A stretch of 44,943 bases of DNA, from positions 102,646 through 147,588 of the forward strand of contig MU057833.1 in assembly GCA_013265495.1 (NCBI GenBank), read 5' to 3'. Source of the stretch: Vicugna vicugna (lineage: Eukaryota). How positions within the stretch are numbered: the first letter of the stretch is position 1; every line of letters starts with the position of its first letter. Shown here piece by piece: positions 34,741 through 44,943 of this stretch. The notes beneath the pieces were generated by a model. It saw only the letters and a program-made list of their open reading frames with translations. It ran no database searches and was not told the DNA's origin. A program made the translations under genes and the position numbers.

Positions 34741-37099
34741 TCTCCTTGTGTCTCAGAGACTAGGGAACAGGGAAGGGTCCCCTGCTCCAGGCTGCAGACT
34801 CAGCCAAAGGGACTACAATACCATACGAAACAAGCCCCAGGTTGGGGAAATGAGAACTCAGAGCCACTGTATTTGAATATAAAGTAAAATCAACTTAAAA
34901 AGACACTTTTTTATAACAGGCTATCATTATGTTTATAAACAGAGTATTTTGCTGTGTGACAAAGCATTCATTTTCTTCCATCAACATTTTCTTCTTCACT
35001 TGTTTCTGTAACTGAATGTTGTGTTGGAACTTCACTGTGTTAGAGTAAAGCAGAAACTTTACAGACTTTGACCACCTTGACAGCTAAACACAGAAGACAG
35101 ACAGATCCTGAAATGTACATGTTACTACCCACATTACAGGATTCCCTGGGAAGTGGGGGGAGGAGCATGAGGCTCAGACCTAAAGTACAAGCCGGTTCTT
35201 TACTGCTCCACAAACGGGCCGTGGAACAGACAACTGCCGTCTTCCTACCTCAAGCCCAATTCCAGCACGGGAGTAAGGAGCCCTGCACCCTGAACGCCGA
35301 GGGCAGGATTAGAGAACACTCTCCCTGAGCGCCTGTCACTCTCAGGAAAGGTTCTTCTTTGTTGCACAACATGAAGTAAGAAAGAAGGTAGAGAGAGGCC
35401 CAAAATCTCTCTCCAGTCCCACTTTCTATCATGAGGGTTGGAACAGAAACCCGAGGACAGGGGTGACATACATCCACCCCAATACATGCCAGGCTTTTAG
35501 TCTTTTGGTATTTATTACGGTGTGTTTCACTGGCATCACGCTAGTCGATTTTTGGTTGCTTGGTGACAGGCTTTTAAAAACATTTTTGTAGTGGTGTTTT
35601 AGTCTGTATTCAGAAAAAAATATATATCACATTTTAGCAAATCATGAGGTAAAGATTTTTGAAGTATACACAAAAAAACATACCAGTGTTAGTATGGGTG
35701 ATACGCACATGATGAAGAACCATACAAAGGGAGGCTGGGAAAAGATGTCACAGGCACTGTGAGCAATAGCCAGAAGCCAGCCAGGCTGGGCGGCCTGCGC
35801 AGCGCTGCGCCCTCGCCGCCCCACACTCTGCATCTTCCTACACGGAGCTTCCCCCTGGGATGGCGGGTGGGTGTTTCACTTCTCGCTCACAAGACTAGCA
35901 GCGTGAGTCAGGCAGCATTCCATGCAGCACCTAAGGTCAAAGTTCACTCCCTATTCTATTTCCTATCACGTCCAGTCATGTTATCCAAAGCAGTTCACCA
36001 GACTTTATGAAATGAATCCAAAAACAGGATCAACAACATCAAAATGTCTCAAATATGAGCAACAGGAAAGTCTTATTATTCAACTTCCTCACAGCTAAAT
36101 CCCCTTGCAATTAAAAGCCCACAGAAATTAAAATCAAAATGCCTCATTCCCGATTTCATACAACTGTCTCAGTCTCAGCCAGAGGGCATTACTCAGATGC
36201 CGGGGGCTCTTACCCCTGCAGCTGTGTCCTAGGCTGTCTCTCCCACGAATGGATGCATTTTCTGCATTTTCTCCAGCCTCTTCCAAGTTAATTCAAACCT
36301 CTACTCAGCTCTACTCTCCAAGAGGTCAGTAGCCACAAAAGAAGTGCAGCTCCACTACAGAAGTTACCACAAGCGAAATCATAGTCCCCAAACTAGGTGC
36401 ATGGTGCAAAGCTGTTCAGCACTGCTACTGCCAGCCAGAGTGTGCGGCAGATAACCTAACGGCACCTGTGCTGAGACAGCGAGGACCTGAGAAGGGTCAG
36501 GTCTCAATCCCACGGCAGGCCAGACGCTGCGCCAGGGCCAAGGCCACAGCCTGGAATGCTGTTCACTGAGCAGAAACTGCCCAACAGCTGTGCTTCTGCA
36601 TGTTTATTATGTGTGTGTTTCTTTGTATTTTTCCGTGTTTTGTTCTGTTGGCTGAGGCTTGTGGGGCTCTCCCCATATATTTTGCCTACTTTCTCTCAGA
36701 GGGTGACACTTTAGATCTTATGGCCATCTGAGAAAAGTTAGATACTCCGGTTTGTTCATTTCCTCTTGTCTGTTGTCTCATGCACAATTGTGGTCGAGAG
36801 AAAAACTCTACTCCCAAATTCCTCCAGGTTCTCTTGTGAAGTATCCTCTTCTCTAAGAAAATACGAGGAATGGAGTAAGGACTACCCTTAGCACTATGTT
36901 TTAACTTAATGATTTACAAAGTTTTATTTATTCTGATAGTAGTAATTGTCATCACTCTTCCATAAGCCCTTCCTCCGAACTTAGGCAGACTGAGTTGTAG
37001 TTAGGCAGTAGGTAACCAGAGCCAAAATTTAAAACAAACAAACAAAAAAAATTAAAGCACCAGGATCACAGTAAGGGCCAGTGAGTCAGGATAAGCCTG

Positions 37100-37600
37100 T
37101 ACACTGTCATGGGAATGGAAACCGGTTCCTTTGGAAACAATGGAAAACAACGTAAAGATTCCTCAAAAAACTAGGAGTAGAACGCTAAATGATACGGCAA
37201 TTCGAATTCTGGCTGTTTATCCAAACAAAACAAAAACACTAATTTGAAAAGATGTATGCGTCCCTATGTTCACGGAAACATTTTTACAACCACCAAGATA
37301 CAGAAACAACCTAAGTGTCCACTGATGGATGGATGAATAAAGAAAACATAATACACACTTTATATATATCTCCTATATATATATATATATATCTCCACAT
37401 ATATTTGACATATTTATATAGGTATATATAAGACAGGATAGTATGTAGCTACCAGAGAAGGAAATCTTGCCATTTGCCACAACATCAACCTTGAGGGTAC
37501 TATGTTAAGTGAAATAGGTGAGGTGAAGAAAAACAAATCTGTGTAACTTTGCTTTTATATGGAATCTAAAAAGCAAAACAAAGAGCAAAACTTGAATTTG
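37100..37600 (+). mobile_element. LINE-1 ORF2 C-terminal/3' UTR fragment with internal (TA)n
   Basis: 'tggaaaacaacgtaaagattcctcaaaaaacta...aacaacctaagtgtccactgatggat...gaaatcttgccatttgccacaacat'. Confidence 0.85.
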
Positions 37601-37614
37601 CTGAGCACCAGCAA

Positions 37615-37805
37615 CTATGCACACAGCACCTATGCTGTACTAGGTGTTAAGAATCATCTATAAATGATGTAACCTGTACGGAAGGGAGGGCACAGGTCAT
37701 ATACCAATGTCAGGCCATTTTATATACGGGACTCGAGCATCCATGGATTGTAGTATCCACAGGGGATCCTGGAACTAATGCCAAATAAATACTGAAGGAT
37801 GGCTG
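37615..37805. mobile_element. Tigger-family MITE (MER2-like) 3' part
   Basis: 'gccattttatatacgggactcgagcatccatggattgtagtatccacaggggatcctggaactaat...atactgaaggatggctg' followed by TA. Confidence 0.75.
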
Positions 37806-40800
37806 TATTATTTTAGGCACATTTAGATATTCTGTTCATCATGTATTTTATTTTTTGAAACTTGAAATTCATTTTTGAATGTATTTTTTCCAATTGGACT
37901 TTTAAAATATTGCAATAAAATATCATTAATTTTATTTAATTAGTTTTGGCACACCCTCAAATTTTGTGTGCCACGATTCCCTCACTCTATTATGCATCTG
38001 CCTTGAATCAGAGGCTTTAAGTCAAACATCATTTCCAGGTATGGCCAGCAGAGGGCAGCAAAGGGTAGCAGAGCCAGTGCTAAGGAAGGGTAGGCATGGT
38101 CTCGCGTCAGTCTTTGTGGAGGTAAAAACCAGCTAGCAGGGAGCAGAAAGTCCAGAATGCCACAATCAGGAGAGAACTTACTCACACGGACAGCAAACCA
38201 GAATGAAAATTAGGCTGAGGCGGCAGTGGAAAGGTTTAGCCACAGTTCACAGCCAGGTAACTGTTGTAGAGACGTGAGCAACTAGACCTCAGACCGCTCC
38301 TCCCAGCCTGTCTGCAGCCTGTGGACTCGCTCGTTCAAGTTACAGGCACCTGCTGTCCATGCTGGGAGCTGATCACACTTCCTGTCATGCAACCAGCAGT
38401 GGCTAGTGGTTCACAACGAGCCATGTTGAGGAGGAGAGGGGTGGGGTCTGGGCACCAAATGCAAACACACACAGTCAGTGAGAGCACTCAGACACGTGCC
38501 AACTAAACACCAACCAAACCAACCTACACATGATGTGGCTTCGTATTTTTCTTCAGTCCTTCAGGAGGGAAACATTTTTTGTCTCATTCAGAGGGAAACA
38601 TCGCTTAGTTGCGGAAACACTGTATGACTTTGAAATGAGACAAACGTGACTCTAGGGATTGTTAGCTATGTGGCTCTCAGTTACTTAACTTCACTGAGCC
38701 TCAGTGTCTCCATCAGGACAACTAGAAATATGGATTCTTAACTCACAAATCTGCTGCAAAAAAATGACACAAGGTATTCAAACTGCCTGGCAAAGAGCTT
38801 AGCAACTTGTAGTTACTCTGTCAACACCACTCCCTGTTCTGTCTCCCTCTTTGGTCAGGGAAGACCACACATGATGACTTGCTAATTCTGAATATAAAGT
38901 CTCATTGTCTCCTAAAAGCATAACTAACATGAATTGAGAGGTTACGGTGCTGGATACCGTAGTAAGTTTTCACAAGTATTATCTCATTTAATTCTCATCA
39001 CAACCCTACAAGAAAGGTACTTTTATCATGATCTGTATTTTACAAATAAGGATATTGAGACTCTACAAGTGTACCTGGTATTCCTAGTCTTCTCAGGTAG
39101 GTAGTAAATAATGAAGAGGGATTGAGAACTACATAACTCGGTTCTAGAACGTATACATATGATACTACACACTGTTTTTGAGTACAGATATTTAATCAAA
39201 TATTTAAAAATTTAAGGGAAAAGTAGAACTAAGAAAGCTGATTTTGCAACATGCTTAAATGCTGCTACTAGTGATACAGGATCACCTCTTCTACTGGGTA
39301 TTTAGGGTGAAAGTTCAGTGTTTAATGAAATACATGAAAACAGACCCGATCACTGTCATTCCACTCACAGCACTTTCATAAAAGGAAAAGAACAATGGTA
39401 TTTTGGAAGAAAATAAGCTGTTATATTTAAAAGTAACTATTACATCACTAAGGGAAAGCTCCTTTGGTCTTTCTAGGAACACGTTTTCTCCCCTTTGCTT
39501 CACACTAAAGGGGAAGATGGCGTAAGAATCCTACTTTGTTTTCAGTGGATGCCTAAAACACAATCACAGTGCTGGTTACATATACGAGTCATGCCGAAAG
39601 CTTTTTATAAATACTGGTTTTCTGGATCTGCTGACTCAGAACCTCTGGGGGGGGGACTGCCTGAAAAGCTTCCCAAAGCCATTCTGATACATCAGTCTTG
39701 GCCACCAGGGACTGGATTCCAGAAGGGGACATGGCTCCCTGGCCTCTAACCTCCCTCTCCAAAAGGGAGAGGCAGAGAGTGGAGAGGATCTGGGAATTGG
39801 GGAAGGTGCAGAGACATGGCTGCCTACATTTCACGCCTTAGACAGACTCTGGCAGATTCTGTATGAGGGGCCAGGAAGTGCTGCCATGTGAGCCCCCACG
39901 GCTGTGAAGACAGGCCAGTGCAGGTCCAGACCAGCACTTCCCTTTACAAGTGGGGAGAAGGGTCTGGAGGCCACTATCTAGATGCCACTTAGGCTACAGT
40001 AGTTTTAAAATGAGAGGCCTGAACAAGGTCCAAAGGACTAAAAAGACCCATGCCTCTGGCCTCCACCTACCTTTTCAGACTTATCTCACTTTCTAGGAAA
40101 CTATTCCATGTCTCTGAAATTTCATAAGCTCAAATTCTATCCCTTTGACATGGAAATAACGACACCATCCCACCCAACACACGGTCTTCCCTTTTTCTTC
40201 TTTCTTTTCCTCTCTCTCCTCCTGCCTTTTGAATCTCCTAAAAATAATTCAAAATTACCTTTTAAACTTCATTTCAAATGAGCTCTTCAAAGAAGCCTTC
40301 CTTGCCAGACCTCTCCACAATCAAACACAGGTGTCCCTCTTTTAATTACTCATCTTACCCTTTAATTTTTCTTTATACCTGTGAGTCTCGTGTTAACACA
40401 TTTATTGTTGGGAATCTGTTCAATTTCTGCCTCCACCGTGCATATCTAGGTTTTCTGAGAGAACTGAGTCTGACTCCCTTGTTCCCTGCTGTCCAAACCT
40501 AACCAGGTGCCTTTCTTTAAATACACACACAAACTCTCTCCGCTGAATGAATGAACTTAAAGGAAGACTACTTCAGAGTATCCTTTTGTCCTTCATCCGT
40601 GGCAGAAATTTGTTTCATCCACTTATTCAATTACATGTTTTTAATTCCTCCAATGTGTCAAGGCCTGTGAGAATTAAATGCTAAGATAGATTTCTTTCCT
40701 CAAGGTCCTTAGAAGTTACTGGGGAATAAAACGTATGTATTCAGGTAACTATTACATGAGCCTACAAAAGAAACCGCACACTTTTTTGCTACCATGGTTG

Positions 40801-41029
40801 GGTTTCAGTCCTCTGCAGTTGTCAAAGTGCCTGCTCCTGTGAGAAGAGGGTAGGGGACCTCCAGGGTCAGCTGGGTTTGAAGCCTTTGCTTCCATCATGG
40901 CGGCCTTGCTTGACAGCTTCTAAACCATCTGGGCAGCAGCCTCATCATCTGCGCCCTGGTCAGTTTTCTAGTGGAGAGAGAATGCTGTCTCTACATACAA
41001 TGTTTGTAGCAGGTTACTACAGGTCCCAC

Positions 41030-41890
41030 AGCACTGAAGAAAACACACAGATGGCAAATAAGCACAAAAGGATACTGAGCATCACTAACCACGAGAGAAA
41101 CAGAAATTAAACCCACAATGAGATGGCACTACACAGCTGTCAGATGCCTAAAATTAAAATGACCCACCAAATGTTTGTGTGCAGGTGGGGAAACTGACTC
41201 AGACATAGAGTGCTGGTGAGAATGAGAAATGGTGCCGCCACTCGGGAAAACAACTTCTGACAGCGTCTTAAGAAACAAAGCACACAGCCACAACAGCTAC
41301 ACCACCACCCAGCATTTGCCCAGGGAAATGAACACTTGTGTTAACACAAACACCTGCACACACACACTGGTTGCAGCTTGGTTTGTAAGACCCCCAAAGT
41401 GAAGACCGACCCAGACGTCCCTCAACAGTCGGTTCAGCAAACTGTGACTCGTCCCTATCATGCACCACTGCTAGGAGTTACAGAGGAACCGACTATTTCT
41501 ACCCGCCTCAATCCTGACGAATCTCGACCCGTGCTCACTGCAAAAGAGCAAACCCCAAATGGTTATGCACTGTATGATCCCATTGATGCAACATTCTAGA
41601 AATGCCAAAATTAAAGAAATGGGGAACGTATCACAGGTTTCCAGGGACTGAGAGATGGCAGAGTGGGAGGGGGGTCTGTGCGGCTGAGAAAGAGTAACAG
41701 GAAGGATCCTCGAGGGGATGTTCTGTGTCTTGACTGTATCCATGTTAATATCCTAGTTATGATACTGCAGTAAAACCTAGAGAGATGTTACCATTGGGGA
41801 AACTGCGTGAAAGGTTATAGGCCCTCTTTGCTATTTCTTATAGCTGCACTGCAATCTACAGTTATCTCAACATGAAGAGGTTGATTTTTA
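41030..41890 (+). mobile_element. Old LINE-1 (L1MB/MC-like) 3' region
   Basis: 'gaagaaaacacacagatggcaaataagcac...aaattaaacccacaatgagatggcactacac...gatgttaccattggggaaactgcgtgaaagg...tctacagttatctcaa'. Confidence 0.8.
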
Positions 41891-42066
41891 AAAGTCAAAA
41901 GATGGAGGCAAAATCAGGGAAACAAGTATGTCAGTTTGTCAGTTACGGCATGAGCCTCAGAACTCTGACATCACAATGGCCAGAACCCTGCCTGCGGCAG
42001 AAGCTCAGGCTTCGTCGAGGAGTTCACAGCACTCTGCCAAGTGCTGGAGACACACTCGGTTTCCAG

Positions 42067-42145
42067 AGCACAGAGCTGAAGACGACAGGATGTTCACCTC
42101 AAGCAATGAGCTTGCAGGTGATCATTCAACGTTTGACTATATGAG
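42067..42145 (+). CDS. Candidate upstream/first coding exon of the ARHGAP20-like gene
   Basis: Acceptor-like tttccag| at 42066. ATG at 42090 with A at -3 gives MFTSSNELAGDHSTFDYM-R. Donor ag|gtaat is in phase 2, matching the phase-2 start of the exon at 43207. No homology support. Confidence 0.4.
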
Positions 42146-43206
42146 GTAATCTTTTCATACGCTATTTTTTCACTGTTAACATTCCATTTACTTACTATAT
42201 TTCAACTAAAAAGTTGTCCAGGATATAATGTAAGTTGACAATGTTGTGTTAATTTCTGGGGGTACAGCATAGCAGTGCGGTCACACACACACGTACAGAC
42301 ACTATTTTTGATCATCAGAGCAGACTAGTGGTCCCAGGAGGGGCTTTGTTTCCTCTAAAATATAGGAACTACTTTTTATCTTCAGCACTGGTTTCATGAA
42401 AAGCTACTCGTGTCCATAAGATTCAGCGCTGCTGAGTACCAGACAGCAGGTTTGACGTTCTTGGCTGGGGGGGCTCACTTTCTTGACTTCATGGGAAAGA
42501 ATTTTCTGTAGATTTACGATAATCTCTGGTCTACATATCAGTTTTTAAGCTCAGTTGAATTCAGGTGTTTTACCTATTATGATCGGAAGTTCTGTTAGAG
42601 CTCAGCTGTAGCTAAGCCAAGTAATAGCGAAGCACTTCCTCATATTTAGAAACTTTTTAATGACTCCAGTATCATTTCCGGAACTTTGAGAATGTTTCCC
42701 AAATATCTAAATATTGATTTACAATATAGTCAATTTACCACAATCCTCACTTATTTAAATTTTTGTGTTAAAATGAAACCAAACTGTAATTACTTCTCTG
42801 TAATCTTCATATAACTTTATCTGTATTAGCCCACAAATTATCCTATTTGGGTTTTCCTTGCTTTTGATTAGTTTTTTATCTTCTTGTAATACACTCATCA
42901 CTTAAGTTTGTTCCTCTTCCTTATAGTTTACAAATCAACTCTGCTCTTTTCTCCTTTTCCCCACCTCAAAATGTGCCATGCCTTGGCACTCTGTCCCTGA
43001 TAAACTGTTTTCCATCCACATCAACCCCCTAAGCGACCTCATTTCTTTCAGTTGCTTTCTATAACTTACCAACTCCTGATTGGGAGCTGTGAAGCCTTGT
43101 TCGGGAGACTGAGGCTAATTTTTAGTGTCCACCTTGACATTTAACATAAACTCCATCAAATACTTGACCAGTGACTAGCTGTTCTGTGGTGTTTGATGTT
43201 TTGCAG

Positions 43207-43374
43207 GGAAAGCCCTTCTATTGCGGTGGACGCCCACGGGGACAACGCGTCACCATATGAGGGCACCCAACGTGTTGTGATGATGTTCGGCCCAGCCAAG
43301 CTCCAAACAGGCTGGAGGAAGAAGAAGAGGCAGCTGTTCCTGTACAGGGACAAACTACTGATCTCCAACACCAA
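43207..43374 (+). CDS. Exon of a divergent Rho GTPase-activating protein 20-like gene (start of PH domain)
   Basis: Acceptor ttttgcag|, a 168-nt open exon, donor aa|gtatg. Reads (R)ESPSIAVDAHGDNASPYEGTQRVVMMFGPAKLQTGWRKKKRQLFLYRDKLLISNTK, versus ARHGAP20 (R)DSPSASVDTCTFLSSLVCSNRTLLIDGRAELKRGLQRQERHLFLFNDLFVVAKIK, with both boundaries at equivalent positions. Confidence 0.75.
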
Positions 43375-43899
43375 GTATGCACATACTATGCTCTCTCGAT
43401 AATCGTCAAGTTGCATGTTCACTACCCCTTACTGTAAAACATGTGGCAGGCAGGGGCTCTCTTGTATGGGGCTTACAGACAGACGATAAATCGGGGGGAA
43501 ATTACTGACCATTACTACTGCTTTTGATAAAAGGTAGGCAGGATGCCATGTAAAGATGATGAGCCCGTATGACACAGGGGTGTCCAGCAGGACCGCTCCA
43601 ATTGGCAGCCGTTAAGCTAGACCCACAGGGTGAGCAGCAGCCATCATTCCCAGACAAAGCGCCTGCACCTTGTAGGCTGGGGGAACAGCCTGGACCCTGG
43701 AAGGGAGAAGTGCACTGAAGGCCAATGTGACAGGAGCCCACAGCATGGGGCGTATCTGGCAGGATACTGTGTTCAGGGGGTCTAGTCACATGGGGTCCCA
43801 CAGGCCACAGGAAGGGGTGGAAACACTATGCTGAAGGGCTGTAACCAGCAGTCACCACATCTGGTTTGTATTTGCAAAACTTTCTGCACGTGGGAGGTC

Positions 43900-44075
43900 T
43901 CTCTCCCTCCTCTTAGAAGCCCACCAATCCGATTGCATTAGACTCTTACCTTGATGACCTCATTTAACCTTAATCACACCAGAAAAGCTCTGTCTCCGAA
44001 TACAGTCTTACTGTGAGTGAGGGCTTCAGTGGATAAAAGGAGGCGCTGGCAGAGATGGGGGAGGTGCAATTCCGT
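43900..44075. mobile_element. MaLR (MLT1A/MST-like) LTR fragment
   Basis: 'ccaccaatccgattgcattag...gatgacctcatttaaccttaatcac...ctgtctccgaatacagtc...agggcttca'. Confidence 0.7.
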
Positions 44076-44943
44076 AGGTAGCTGTAACTAGCAGGCCCGA
44101 GCGCTGCCACCCTGCACAAGTTCTTATGAGTTTTAGCAAACTATCTTCATGATCATTTCTGTAACAACATTTGAGTATATTCATGTCCATTATGTATATT
44201 AAGAAATTTGCGTATTTTCCAGAAAGAAACAACACCTAAATATACAGCCACCTGTAACAATGAACTTCTTTCTTCCCTGCCAGGCCTCACTCCTAGATGG
44301 AGTGTTGCATTATGTCCTGAATCAATCGGCTAAACATAATAATCTGAGTTTACCACCAAGTGTTTCCACTTAGCCTTAAGCAGGGGGGGAACTAAGCTTC
44401 CACTCTTCCCCAGCTCACCTGCAGTGCAGCTGGAATCTGAGCCATCCTTGGATTTCTCCCTCAGAAAGCGGCACACACGGAATAGCTGACTAACTGCTAC
44501 CTTTGTATCTGGTCGTAAGAAGTGCATTTCAGTTTGTGTGTAATCATACACGGGGCTTCAGTGTTTCCTTCTTCACTAATGTTTCTCCAGTTGTGGGAGA
44601 TGCTGAAACTCAGTGAGAATCCTCTTGAGATTTCTGTCATCGTTTTCCTACTACACACATTAGACACTTCTGTTCTCAAGACTTGCCGCCAGATACAGCC
44701 TTCACTATCACTTCGGATATTCACTAGAATGCTCAGGAAGTTACTTTCTACCAAACTATTTAGTTTTTACAACAGGATCTCTATGGTAAACATTAAGATA
44801 CTAATACTAGTAGACGCCCATGAAGAACTGCACACGGGGACTGCACAGAGCGCGCCCATCTTGACGCATCATTATCCTCAAATTTAGTTAGTAAAGAGCG
44901 CAGAGACAATGAAAGACACTTTCTTTAACTCTAAAGATGAAGA

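Noticed and set aside
44522..44887. 121-aa ORF as the next ARHGAP20-like exon
   Set aside because: No similarity to the expected next segment (…KIKNKIKL.DMW…F.LGWP). It is more likely repeat-derived intron sequence.

Overview
Mammalian genomic DNA, most likely camelid: it has short tRNA-derived SINEs with the 'aataaacctaattacctcccc'-type tail, and I saw no Alu, BovB or PRE1 elements. It is not microbial, and no CRISPR, rRNA or operon structure is present. Main content: (1) a decayed, intron-containing LANCL2 copy on + (about 2600-18140). It keeps exons equivalent to human exons 1, 3, 4, 7, 8 and 9, apparently lacks exons 2, 5 and 6, and carries many stops and frameshifts, yet keeps a dense CpG island and a poly(A) signal. 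(2) A degenerate ~240-bp satellite-like tandem array just upstream of that island. (3) A near full-length processed UBE2V1 pseudogene on - (about 23200-25184). (4) A near-perfect 344/346-bp tandem duplication (26377-27066). (5) The apparent 5' coding exons of a strongly diverged ARHGAP20-like gene on + (42067-43374) that continues past the window. The rest is ordinary interspersed repeat (L1, L2, MIR, MaLR LTRs, Tigger/hAT MITEs). All family assignments come from my recall of known proteins and repeat consensuses, not from searches, and repeat boundaries are approximate. I found no support for a wholly novel biological system. The best leads are the status of LANCL2 (lineage gene loss versus duplicated, possibly transcribed pseudogene) and the divergent ARHGAP20 paralog.
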